Source of the DNA: SAR86 cluster bacterium
Lineage (GTDB): Bacteria > Pseudomonadota > Gammaproteobacteria > Magnimaribacterales > TMED112
Direction of reading: 5' to 3'
Length of the DNA stretch: 42,763 bases
Assembly: GCA_004321845.1 (NCBI GenBank)
Contig: SHBL01000003.1
Coordinates: 1-42,763, forward strand
Part shown: positions 8,099 to 17,398 of the stretch, in pieces
Numbering within the stretch: position 1 is the stretch's first letter
How the letters are laid out: each line of letters begins with the position of its first letter
Translations under genes and position numbers: made by a program
The notes under the pieces: model-generated
What the model was told of the DNA's origin: nothing
The model's input: the letters and a program-made list of their open reading frames with translations, nothing else
The model's database searches: none

Positions 8099-10056
8099 AC
8101 TAATTTTTTAACTTTGGTAGCTATTTTTTCAGGCGTAAACCCGAAGTGATTCATTAAATCGCCACCAGTTCCGGATTCACCAAATGATTCAATACCAATT
8201 ACATGTTTCGTGTGCTTATACCAGGAGTTTGGGTGAGCACATTCTATAACAATATTGGTTTTATCTTTATTGAAAATTCTTTTATATTGATCTTCGTTTT
8301 CTAGTAGTGTTTCTAAACAAGGGATACTTGCAATATTGCATACAAGACCATCCTGTTTAAGAATTTTCTCTGCCTTAATTGCTAGGCTAACCTCTGATCC
8401 AGTAGCAATTAAATTTATTTTTGCTTCTTCGTTTTCTGAGACAAAATAGCCACCTAGCTCTAGATCTTTGACATTAGAAACAGAGAAATTTTCTAAATTT
8501 TGTCTTGAAAGAATTATTGATGAAGGCCCTTCTTTGTTTTTTAATGCATTCTTCCAGGCCACTGCTGTTTCAACCAATGTAGAAGGTCTCCAAGTATGCA
8601 TATTGGGAGTAGACCTTAATGTGGTTAGATGCTCTATAGGCTGATGCGTTGGGCCATCTTCTCCTAATGCTATTGAATCATGAGAAAAAACAAATATAAC
8701 TCTTATTCCCATTAACGCTGCCATCCGGACAGCATTTCTTCCATAATCCATAAATACTAGAAATGTCCCTGCATATGGAATTACTCCACCATGAAGGGCC
8801 ATTCCGTTCATGACAGCATTCATGCCAAACTCTCTAACTCCGTAATAAATATAATTGCCATCTGCATTTTCATTTAAAGAAATTGAAGATTTAGAGTTTG
8901 TGTTATTTGAACCACTTAGATCAGCAGAGCCCCCAATAAGCTCGGGCAGATTAGATTGCAAGAACTCAAGAACTATTTGTGAGCTTTTTCTTGTAGCAAA
9001 AGCGTTTTCATTTTGTGTTAATTCTTTAATGAAGCTATCAAACTTCAGATTAAATTCTTCGGGCAGCTTGTTAGCTGAGAGCCTTGTTAAAACATCATAT
9101 TTTTGTGGATCTTCTGTTTTAAGCTGCTCACAAATACTATTCCACTTTTTTTCTTTAGCCATGCCTGCAGGCTTTGCATCCCAATGTTGATAAATTTCTT
9201 CATCTAGCTCAAAGGGTTCATATGGCCATGAAAGATTTTGTCTTAGCTCTGAAAGTATTTCTGATCCTAGTGCTGCACCATGTGAAGATTCACTATCTTG
9301 TTTGGCACCTGCCCCATACCCGATTGAAGTTTTACAAACTATCATTGTAGGCTTCTTAGAAACTTTGGCTTTTTTTATTGCCTGGTCTATATCATCTCTA
9401 TTATGTCCATCAATATTATTGATCACATTCCAACCATAAGCTTCACATCTTTTTGAAATATCATCTTTATACCAAGGATCAATTTTTCCATCTATCGATA
9501 TTCCATTACTGTCATAAAAACAAATTAATTTATTTAGCTCCAAAACGCCTGCAAGTGACATTGCTTCATGTGAAACACCTTCCATCAAACAACCGTCGCC
9601 TAGAAAACAATAAGTCATGTGGTCTATTGGTTTGATATTGGGTGTATTTATTTTCTCGGCAAGAATTTTCTCGGCTAGGGCCATGCCAACGGCGTTAGCA
9701 ATCCCTTGTCCCAAAGGTCCAGTTGTTGTCTCGACCCCTTCAGTTACTCCAAACTCAGGATGGCCCGGAGTTTTTGATTTTAATTTTCTAAAATCTTTAA
9801 GATCTTCAATGGATAAACTGTAACCGCTTAAGTGCAAAAGACTATAGATCAGCATAGAACCATGGCCATTTGATAAAACAAATCTATCTCTATTGAACCA
9901 TTTTGGATTTTCTGGAGAATGATTGAGGTGGTTTCTCCATAGAACTTCAGCTATGTCTGCCATACCTAGTGGCATTCCTGGGTGACCAGAATTTGCTCTC
10001 TCTACAGCATCTGCTGATAAGAATCTTAAGGCATTAACTAACTTATTAGTAATCAA
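8095..10056 (-). CDS. tkt: Transketolase
   Basis: SGHPGMPLG, DRFVLSNGHGS, TTGPLGQG, GDGCLMEG, YGVREF, GEDGPTHQP. Confidence 0.98.
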   Translation of the reverse strand: MITNKLVNALRFLSADAVERANSGHPGMPLGMADIAEVLWRNHLNHSPENPKWFNRDRFVLSNGHGSMLIYSLLHLSGYSLSIEDLKDFRKLKSKTPGHPEFGVTEGVETTTGPLGQGIANAVGMALAEKILAEKINTPNIKPIDHMTYCFLGDGCLMEGVSHEAMSLAGVLELNKLICFYDSNGISIDGKIDPWYKDDISKRCEAYGWNVINNIDGHNRDDIDQAIKKAKVSKKPTMIVCKTSIGYGAGAKQDSESSHGAALGSEILSELRQNLSWPYEPFELDEEIYQHWDAKPAGMAKEKKWNSICEQLKTEDPQKYDVLTRLSANKLPEEFNLKFDSFIKELTQNENAFATRKSSQIVLEFLQSNLPELIGGSADLSGSNNTNSKSSISLNENADGNYIYYGVREFGMNAVMNGMALHGGVIPYAGTFLVFMDYGRNAVRMAALMGIRVIFVFSHDSIALGEDGPTHQPIEHLTTLRSTPNMHTWRPSTLVETAVAWKNALKNKEGPSSIILSRQNLENFSVSNVKDLELGGYFVSENEEAKINLIATGSEVSLAIKAEKILKQDGLVCNIASIPCLETLLENEDQYKRIFNKDKTNIVIECAHPNSWYKHTKHVIGIESFGESGTGGDLMNHFGFTPEKIATKVKKLV

Positions 10057-10077
10057 AGTAGGGTATATGTTTAAGAC

Positions 10078-10089
10078 AATTATATAATT
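10078..10089. promoter_or_regulatory. Palindromic bidirectional -10 element AATTATATAATT between divergent tkt and dapF
   Basis: Perfect 12-bp palindrome with TATAAT on both strands (+10083-10088; -10084-10079), centred in a 56-bp spacer. Confidence 0.5.
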
Positions 10090-10112
10090 CTAAAATAGGA
10101 ATTGATCGGAAT

Positions 10113-10826
10113 ATGAAAACTAAGTACACAAAAATGCACTCAAATGGAAATGAGTTTCTGATTACTGAAGATATTAAGCAGACAGCAAACACAAAAAAAT
10201 TAGCTGATAAGAAAAACGGCATTGGGTTTGATCAACTGCTGTGTATAAAAAATAAAAAACCTTATGAAGTGTTAGTTTTTAATTCAGACGGATCTGAAGC
10301 AGATAATTGTATTAATGGATTGAGATGTATTGCATTTCTATACTCTTTAAATAATGAAGCTGTCTATATTAAAGATAAAAAATTTGTTGTTCGAAGCACT
10401 GAGTCTGGAGCAGAAGTATCTGGCGCCTTTCCTGTTGTAAATAAAAAAAATAATTACTATGTAATAAATTTTGGTAATAATCATATAGCAAGAGAGTATC
10501 CAGACATTGAAATAATCAATTTAGAAAGTGAATATATAAAACTAAGAAGTTCAAAGGAATTTGAAGAAATTAAGAATTTTAATTTAAGCATCTATAAAAA
10601 CTCTAAAAACAATATTGCAATAAGAACATATGAAAATGGCACAGGGGAAACTTTATCTTGTGGTTCTGCAACAATTTCTGTGGCCTATGCGCTGCTGAAA
10701 GATACAAACAAAAATGAATTATTATTTGCTTCGAAAGGTGGCAAAACTAAAGTCTTAATAGATAATGAAAGCATTACGTCCAAAGCAAATGCTGTAATAC
10801 TAAAAGAAGGCTTCCTACATGGATGA
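10113..10826 (+). CDS. dapF: Diaminopimelate epimerase (short, divergent)
   Basis: KMHSNGNEF, GIGFDQL, NSDGSEADNCING, RTYENGTGETLSCGS; both catalytic Cys retained; upstream of xerC. Confidence 0.88.
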   Translation: MKTKYTKMHSNGNEFLITEDIKQTANTKKLADKKNGIGFDQLLCIKNKKPYEVLVFNSDGSEADNCINGLRCIAFLYSLNNEAVYIKDKKFVVRSTESGAEVSGAFPVVNKKNNYYVINFGNNHIAREYPDIEIINLESEYIKLRSSKEFEEIKNFNLSIYKNSKNNIAIRTYENGTGETLSCGSATISVAYALLKDTNKNELLFASKGGKTKVLIDNESITSKANAVILKEGFLHG

Positions 10827-11712
10827 ATTTAAAAAAAGACTAAAAGAGTTTCTTAAGATTAAGAATTACTCCTATCATACGATCTCTAACTATGAGCGTG
10901 ATATAAATAGATTTCTTCAGTTTCTAGAAGAAAATAAATTTATGCCCGAAGACTTAAGCAGTCCTGTTATCACCAAATGGATAATTTCACTCAGAAAGAA
11001 TGGTCTTGGGAATAGATCTATTCAACGAAATATCTCTTCACTTAAGAATTTTTATAAATTCTTGTTTAAGAGTGGCTTAATAGAAACTAATTTTTTTGCA
11101 ACCATACAATCGCCAAAAATTGGTGAGACCTTACCAAAAGCATTAACTCCAGAAGATGTTGAAAAGCTTCTGTCTTTTAATCCAAAATCAGTATCGGATA
11201 TTAGAGATAAAGCGTTTTTAGAACTTCTTTATTCATCAGGGCTAAGAGTCTCTGAAGCAGTTAATGTAAATATTTCATCTTTTGAATCAGATTTTAGTTT
11301 TGTAAAAGTTTTAGGTAAGGGTCAAAAAGAAAGAATGCTTCCAGTAGGTAAGTTTGCTAAAGAGGCAATATTGACTTGGCTAGAAAGTAGAACGAAGTTA
11401 GATGGATCTTCAAAAGCACTTTTTCTGAATAAATTTGGAAAACGAATTTCAATAAGAGCAATGCAAGAAAGAATATATAGAATTTCTATTGCTCAAGGGT
11501 TGGCGCCTGTCAGCCCCCATATGTTAAGACATAGTTTTGCAACTCACATGCTTGAATCAAGTGGGGACTTAAGATCAATTCAGGAAATGCTAGGGCACAG
11601 TAGCTTGAGTACAACGCAAATATACACTAAATTAAACTTCCAACAATTAGCAAAAATTTACGATAGGTCACATCCGCATGGCAAGAAAGAAAATAAAATT
11701 AATAACATTTGA
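10819..11712 (+). CDS. xerC: Tyrosine recombinase XerC
   Basis: LELLYSSGLRVSE, GKGQKER, PHMLRHSFATHMLE, QEMLGHSSLSTTQIY; dapF-xerC-HAD synteny. Confidence 0.93.
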   Translation: MDEFKKRLKEFLKIKNYSYHTISNYERDINRFLQFLEENKFMPEDLSSPVITKWIISLRKNGLGNRSIQRNISSLKNFYKFLFKSGLIETNFFATIQSPKIGETLPKALTPEDVEKLLSFNPKSVSDIRDKAFLELLYSSGLRVSEAVNVNISSFESDFSFVKVLGKGQKERMLPVGKFAKEAILTWLESRTKLDGSSKALFLNKFGKRISIRAMQERIYRISIAQGLAPVSPHMLRHSFATHMLESSGDLRSIQEMLGHSSLSTTQIYTKLNFQQLAKIYDRSHPHGKKENKINNI

Positions 11713-12406
11713 TCTAGACGATACTGTCTGGCCAAATAAAAAAGTTATTTTGGATGCAGAAAAAGCATTGTGGAATTTTCTTGTTCTAAAAGTCCCACAA
11801 CTAAAAGACAATTTTAATGAAGGCTCTATTAATAAAATTAGGGTAAATTTAGTAGAACAAGATCCCAGTTTAAAATTCGATTTAACCAGGTTTAGAAAAG
11901 AAGTGGTAAAAGAGCTTTTGCTTTCTTTAGGTTTAGATACAAATGAGGCAATTTATTATAGCAATGAGAGTTTCAATGAGTTTTTTAAAGCACGGAACAA
12001 AGTACAACTATATAAAGATGCAAAATTGATATTAGAAAGACTGCATCGAAAAACTCTGATAGGCTCACTTTCGAATGGCAATGCTGATCTAGAAATTATA
12101 GGCATTGATTCCTTTTTTGATTTTGCAATTAACTCAAAAGATGTTTCTAGCAACAAACCTTCTCCTCCACATTTTTTAAAAGCTTTAAAAATTGCATCTT
12201 GTTCTCCTGATGAAGCTATTCACATAGGGGATTGTCCAGTAAATGATGTAGGCGGAGCTAGAAATTGTAATATAAATACCATATGGTTTAATTGTGACAA
12301 ACATAAATGGGATGAAATTTTTCCTTGCGATCTACAGACAAAAAACTGGAAAGATCTTTATGAAGTCATAACTAAAAATTTTATTTTGGAGAGAGAAAAT
12401 GTTTAA
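11678..12406 (+). CDS. HAD-IA family hydrolase (YigB-like)
   Basis: FDLDDT, SNGN, KPSP, HIGDCPVNDVGGA; downstream of xerC like yigB. Confidence 0.9.
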   Translation: MARKKIKLITFDLDDTVWPNKKVILDAEKALWNFLVLKVPQLKDNFNEGSINKIRVNLVEQDPSLKFDLTRFRKEVVKELLLSLGLDTNEAIYYSNESFNEFFKARNKVQLYKDAKLILERLHRKTLIGSLSNGNADLEIIGIDSFFDFAINSKDVSSNKPSPPHFLKALKIASCSPDEAIHIGDCPVNDVGGARNCNINTIWFNCDKHKWDEIFPCDLQTKNWKDLYEVITKNFILERENV

Positions 12407-12572
12407 TCCATTCAGTATGGGCAAAGATATGAAAGGCATGGAAAAAATGGTGAAGCCTGCCTTGGAAAAATTTATGAAAGATTCTGGTTTTGTTAAGAAA
12501 GAAGAGCTTGAAAGAGCTTTAGAGAGAATAGATTCACTTGAAAGAAAAATAAACGAACTAGAAAGAAAATAA
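12399..12572 (+). CDS. UbiK/BMFP-like small coiled-coil protein, 57 aa (absent from ORF track)
   Basis: Manual translation MFNPFSMGKDMKGMEKMVKPALEKFMKDSGFVKKEELERALERIDSLERKINELERK*; GGAGAG upstream; FVKKEE resembles UbiK LVTREE; C-terminal heptad repeat. Confidence 0.7.
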   Translation: MFNPFSMGKDMKGMEKMVKPALEKFMKDSGFVKKEELERALERIDSLERKINELERK

Positions 12573-12573
12573 A

Positions 12574-12984
12574 TTATTCAATAACAGTTAATGCGTCGAG
12601 CATATATTGAACAGACCTTTCAATTTCAGTTTCTGAACAATCCATACACATGCCTTTAGCTGGCATAGCATTATAGCCACTATAGGCATTACTGGTAAGC
12701 AGCTCTAAGCCCTTGCTAGTTCTTTCTTCCCATTGAGCAAGATTGCCAAGCATAGGTGCTCCAGCCAAACCTGCAGTGTGACAAGCTGCACATCCTTGGT
12801 CATAAACAACTTGCCCTGTTCTCCCCTCTGTTTCTGAAGTTTCAGAAACAGCCATTCCTGGCATTGAAACAACTGGAATTTTTTTTAACAGCCCTAGTCT
12901 CTTTCTAACTTCATCCTCGTAAGAATCAGACATAACTATAAATGAAGTTAAAGCAATAAAAATAAAGGGTAAAAGGTTTTTCAT
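12574..12984 (-). CDS. Cytochrome c5 family protein
   Basis: N-terminal signal/TM segment, CAACH haem motif, GLAGAP, AMPAKGMCMDCS (c5-type Met ligand and CxxC disulfide). Confidence 0.93.
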   Translation of the reverse strand: MKNLLPFIFIALTSFIVMSDSYEDEVRKRLGLLKKIPVVSMPGMAVSETSETEGRTGQVVYDQGCAACHTAGLAGAPMLGNLAQWEERTSKGLELLTSNAYSGYNAMPAKGMCMDCSETEIERSVQYMLDALTVIE

Positions 12985-13019
12985 ATTCTATTAGTTGTTA
13001 CTGACTGATAAATTTCAAG

Positions 13020-13607
13020 CTAATTGTCATAGAGAAATAACATATTATCAATGTTCTTTTGCATATCTACTGTTCTTCTAAATTTATATTTTCCATTAAT
13101 AATTATTGTGGGCACACCCTCAATAACTCCGGCATTGCCTAATTCTCTGACTTTTCTTAATGCATTTTTAGCTTTTATACCTATACCAAAAGAATTATAA
13201 ACATTCATGAATTGTGTTTGGTCGTAGTCGTGTCTTTGTGCAAACTCTTCAACATCTGATTGATTGCTTAAATTTTTTCTAAGCAACTGTATATCTTTAT
13301 ATACATTAAGATGTGCGTCTTTCCCTAAATTTAAGGCTTTAATGGTATAAAAAAGCCTTGCATAAACTTCATTTCCAGCAGGTATTTGCACCACATTAAC
13401 ATCAGGTCTTTGTTCTTTAAGCATATTCACCGTTGTTTCAAAACTAAAACAAGCGTTGCACCAATATCCGAAAACTTCAGTTACTGACTCTCCTTCGATC
13501 AAATCAGAAGGAATAAGCTCATAGTCTTTTCCTTGCTCAGGCTCTGCTGATGCAAAAAAAGACAAAAAGAATATCAAAGCGTTTATTTTTAAAATTTTAT
13601 TTATCAT
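13020..13607 (-). CDS. dsbA: Thiol:disulfide interchange protein DsbA
   Basis: Signal peptide, EVFGYWCNAC active site, GVPTIIINGKY cis-Pro loop; start placed at 13607 (MINKIL). Confidence 0.85.
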   Translation of the reverse strand: MINKILKINALIFFLSFFASAEPEQGKDYELIPSDLIEGESVTEVFGYWCNACFSFETTVNMLKEQRPDVNVVQIPAGNEVYARLFYTIKALNLGKDAHLNVYKDIQLLRKNLSNQSDVEEFAQRHDYDQTQFMNVYNSFGIGIKAKNALRKVRELGNAGVIEGVPTIIINGKYKFRRTVDMQKNIDNMLFLYDN

Positions 13608-13652
13608 AAGTATGCGAGAATGATTATATAACATGTTGGATATAATTTATTA

Positions 13653-14234
13653 ATGAAATGTGATTTTAAATACCTTGATCTACAGTTTGTTGAGAGTGCA
13701 GCTGAGTACGCTCAATGTCTTAATCATGAGTATCCTGAAATAGCTTTTGTTGGTGCCTCTAATGCTGGAAAGTCATCAGCTATTAATGCTATTTCAAATA
13801 AAAAAAAATTAGCAAAAGTTAGCAAAACTCCAGGGAAAACAAAACTCTTTAATTTCTTTAAATCAACAAATGGATATATTGTTGATTTTCCTGGGTATGG
13901 TTATTCAAAAGTTTCAAAATCGCAAAAAAAAGAATGGTCAAAGGAGCTTCCACAATATTTTGACTTGCGAAAGAACCTTTCAGGAGTAGTTATTTTTACA
14001 GATATTAGAAATGCTATGAGAGAGGTAGATGTTTCGATGTTTGAAATGTTGCATCAAAGAAAAATCCCGGTTCTGGTAGTACTAACCAAGTCTGATAAAG
14101 TTTCTGCAGAGGCAGCAACGCACACGTATGGTCAAGTTAATGAAGTGTTTGGTTATTGTTTAAATTTTTCTATTAAGGATAGGGAGTCTATAAGGGAGCT
14201 AATTTTCTCTATTAATGAGCTTCTCTCCAATTAG
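13653..14234 (+). CDS. engB: Ribosome biogenesis GTPase EngB/YihA/YsxC
   Basis: GASNAGKSS, SKTPGKT, DFPGYGY, TKSDK. Confidence 0.95.
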   Translation: MKCDFKYLDLQFVESAAEYAQCLNHEYPEIAFVGASNAGKSSAINAISNKKKLAKVSKTPGKTKLFNFFKSTNGYIVDFPGYGYSKVSKSQKKEWSKELPQYFDLRKNLSGVVIFTDIRNAMREVDVSMFEMLHQRKIPVLVVLTKSDKVSAEAATHTYGQVNEVFGYCLNFSIKDRESIRELIFSINELLSN

Positions 14235-16866
14235 CACCGAATCCATATTCGACTTTAAGCGGAACTGCTATTTCAGTGGTGCTTTCCATTAATTTTAGAA
14301 TTGGTTCTAAGTCAGACTCATTAAAATCCTGAGGCACTTCGAAAACTAATTCATCATGAACTTGTAGGGTCATTTTAATTTCTGGTGCATTTGCAATGAT
14401 CCATTCATTTATTTCAACCATTGCAAATTTGATAATATCTGATGCGCTCCCTTGTAATGGTCCATTAATTGCCGCCCTTTCTGCAGCTTGTCTTACCATA
14501 TAATTACTAGCAACTATATTTGGAACGTGTATTTTTCTTCCATATAAGGTTTCAACATATTTTAATTCTTTCGAGCGCTCAACAATTTCATGCATGAATT
14601 GTTTTACTCCACTATATCTTTCAAAATAATTATTAAGAAAAATTTCAGCTTCTGGCCTAGAAACTCGAAGCTGATTTGATAACCCAAAAGCACTCATGCC
14701 ATAAAGTAGTCCAAAATTAATAGTTTTTGCTTTTCTGCGCATTTCTCCATCAACTTCTTTTATATCTACACCAAATATCTCTGATGCAGTTCTTTTATGA
14801 ATATCCTCATCATTTATAAATGAATTAAGCATTATCTTATCTTTTGAATAATGTGCCATTAGTCTTAATTCAATTTGCGAATAATCCATAGCCAATATTT
14901 TTTTTCCTTTTGAGGCAATAAAAGCCTCCCTTATTGTTATTCCTTCTTTTGTTCTAATTGGTATGTTTTGTAAATTAGGGTCTGAAGAAGAAAGCCTGCC
15001 TGTAGAAGTTACAGCTTGATGATATGAGGTATGAACACGGGAATGTTGATCACAAATTTCAGAAATTTTATCTGTGTAAGTGCTTTTTAATTTTGCCAGC
15101 GATCTATACTCTAAAATATCACTCACAATTTCATTTTTTTCAGAAAGTTTTTGTAAAACGGATTCTGAAGTCGAGAAATATCCTGTAGATGTTTTCTTTA
15201 AGCCCTTTGTATCGATCTTAAGCTTTTCAAAAAGAACTTCACTTAACTGCTTTGGAGAATCTATATTGAAAACTACTCCTGAAGAACTATGAATTTTTTG
15301 AACCAAATTCATTAATTTAGCGCCAAATTTTTTTGAAAGCTCATTGAGATGGGGTATATCAATTAAAGCGCCTCTTTCTTCCATCTCTAACAAGACGAAT
15401 AATATTTTGTAATCAAGATTTTGAAGCAAATTTACATCATTACCTTGCAATAATTTTTTAAATTTTTCATAAAGCTGAAGCGTTATATCTGTATCTTCTG
15501 CAGCATAATTAGTTGCGTCTTTTATAGGAACTTCACTGAAATTTTTATATTTATTAATACCTTTTCCTATAACATCTTCATATTTTATAGTGGTGATATT
15601 AAGATAAAAATCGGACATAGCATCAAGGTTGTGTCTTGTGGCAGTACTATTTATTGCATAAGACATAAGCATTGTATCTGCATGAAAATTTGAGATATGT
15701 ATGTGATATTTTCTTAAAACTGCAATGTCATATTTTAAATTTTGCCCTATGATTTTATGCTGGTTTGGTTCTAGGTAATTTTTTAACCAGCCTATTAATT
15801 CTTCAGATTCTAATTGTGTCTGCTCTACATGATTAATGGGCACATAGAATCCTGAGTTTTTTTCAAATGAAATAGAAAAACCTACAATTTCAGCAATTTG
15901 AGGATCTAATGATGTTGTTTCTGTATCAAATGCAAAATATGAAGACTTATCAATTAAACTCTCTATTTCTGTTAGCTGAGCCATATCTTTAATTGATTTA
16001 TATTGAGTAACTCTCTTTTCATTTGTTTCCCCAACAAACGAGTTAAATTCTAATTCTTTGTAAAATTTTTTGAGACCGTCACTATTAGTTAAAGGGGTGT
16101 TTATATTGCTTAATGTCGTCTCAAGGTCTATATCTTTTTTAAGTGATACTAAAAAAAGGTTTCTTTGTAATACATCTTTCTCTTCTCTTAAGTTTTGACC
16201 AACTACACCAGTAATTTCATCCATATTTTTTACGATATTATCCAAGCTTCCATAATGATTTAGCCATTTGGATGCAGTTTTATTTCCAACCTTAGAAATA
16301 CCTGGTATGTTATCTGCTTTATCGCCAACCAAAGCTAAAAGCTCAGCAACTTTGTTGGGGGCTACGCCAAACTTTTCTTCAACGTATTCATTATTGAAGA
16401 ATTCATTAGACATTGAGTTGTGCTGAATAACATTTTCTTCTACTAACTGAGTAAGATCTTTGTCTGGTGATGATATAAGAATTTTTTTATCTTTTTTAAA
16501 CTTACAAGCAAGAGTTGCTATTACATCATCAGCCTCAACCCCTTCCACCTCTTCAACTGTAAAATTAAATAGTTTTGAAAGTTTTTTTATGTCATCTATT
16601 TGAACTCTCAACTCATTAGGCATTGGAGGTCTATTTGCCTTATAAGATGAGTAGTAATCATTTCGAAAATTATGCCCTTTTGCATCAAATACCATAACCA
16701 TTTGAACGCCTGGATATTTAGATATTAATTTTCGCAACATGGATGCAAATCCTCTTGTAGCTCCTGTTGGCTTTCCTTCTGACGTAGTTAATGGCGGCAA
16801 TGCATGAAATGCACGGTAAATATAAGAAGTACCATCAATTAAAATTAAATCTGGTCTAAAAATCAT
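14212..16866 (-). CDS. polA: DNA polymerase I
   Basis: 5'-3' exonuclease (LIDGTSYIYRAFHA, EADDVIAT), 3'-5' exonuclease (FDTETT), polymerase motifs DYSQIELR, AKTINFGLLYGM, LQVHDEL. Confidence 0.98.
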   Translation of the reverse strand: MIFRPDLILIDGTSYIYRAFHALPPLTTSEGKPTGATRGFASMLRKLISKYPGVQMVMVFDAKGHNFRNDYYSSYKANRPPMPNELRVQIDDIKKLSKLFNFTVEEVEGVEADDVIATLACKFKKDKKILISSPDKDLTQLVEENVIQHNSMSNEFFNNEYVEEKFGVAPNKVAELLALVGDKADNIPGISKVGNKTASKWLNHYGSLDNIVKNMDEITGVVGQNLREEKDVLQRNLFLVSLKKDIDLETTLSNINTPLTNSDGLKKFYKELEFNSFVGETNEKRVTQYKSIKDMAQLTEIESLIDKSSYFAFDTETTSLDPQIAEIVGFSISFEKNSGFYVPINHVEQTQLESEELIGWLKNYLEPNQHKIIGQNLKYDIAVLRKYHIHISNFHADTMLMSYAINSTATRHNLDAMSDFYLNITTIKYEDVIGKGINKYKNFSEVPIKDATNYAAEDTDITLQLYEKFKKLLQGNDVNLLQNLDYKILFVLLEMEERGALIDIPHLNELSKKFGAKLMNLVQKIHSSSGVVFNIDSPKQLSEVLFEKLKIDTKGLKKTSTGYFSTSESVLQKLSEKNEIVSDILEYRSLAKLKSTYTDKISEICDQHSRVHTSYHQAVTSTGRLSSSDPNLQNIPIRTKEGITIREAFIASKGKKILAMDYSQIELRLMAHYSKDKIMLNSFINDEDIHKRTASEIFGVDIKEVDGEMRRKAKTINFGLLYGMSAFGLSNQLRVSRPEAEIFLNNYFERYSGVKQFMHEIVERSKELKYVETLYGRKIHVPNIVASNYMVRQAAERAAINGPLQGSASDIIKFAMVEINEWIIANAPEIKMTLQVHDELVFEVPQDFNESDLEPILKLMESTTEIAVPLKVEYGFGANWREAH

Positions 16867-16891
16867 CTGACTATATATATAATACTTAATA

Positions 16892-17398
16892 GTGAAAGAA
16901 ATAATTAAACATTATGGTGATTCCTTAATTACTTTTTGTGCAGCAATAGTAATGGGTGGTCAGTATTATCTTGAGAATATTGTTGGATTAGAGCCCTGTA
17001 ATCTATGTTTGCTACAAAAATATTCTGTACAAGCAGTTTTCGTGATTTTTTTAATCAAGATGGTCTCTCCTAAATTTAAGATAATTTTTGATATTTTAGG
17101 AGTTTTTGCTCTTTGTTTTGGCGGGTCAGCAAGCATAAGGCAGATTTACCTTCAGAATCTTCCAGCAGATCAGCTTTCAGGTGGTTACTGTGATATTCCT
17201 TTTGAATTTCTTTTTAATATGTACCCTTTCTTTGAAGCGCTTGGCAAAGTCTTTCAAGGCAGCAGCAAATGTGCTGAAGAGTCGTGGGTCTTTCTTGGTC
17301 TCAACATACCAGAATGGGCTCTAATATTTTTTACTTCAATGATCACATTATTATTGATAAGATACTTTTTAATAAATTTTAAGGGCCAAAAAAATTAA
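16892..17398 (+). CDS. dsbB: Disulfide bond formation protein DsbB
   Basis: LEPCNLCLLQ, second Cys pair (GYCD...SKCAE), FLGLNIPEW; four TM helices. Confidence 0.9.
   Translation: MKEIIKHYGDSLITFCAAIVMGGQYYLENIVGLEPCNLCLLQKYSVQAVFVIFLIKMVSPKFKIIFDILGVFALCFGGSASIRQIYLQNLPADQLSGGYCDIPFEFLFNMYPFFEALGKVFQGSSKCAEESWVFLGLNIPEWALIFFTSMITLLLIRYFLINFKGQKN

Noticed and set aside
9562-9577. TGCTTCATGTGAAACA, 14/16 to parS TGTTTCACGTGAAACA, inside tkt
   Set aside because: Two mismatches, explained by the conserved GVSHEA peptide, and unlike the recF variant; at most a weak site
10819-11712. Tyrosine recombinase as a sign of a prophage or integrative element
   Set aside because: It lies in the conserved dapF-xerC-HAD housekeeping context, with no cargo genes or att-like repeats seen
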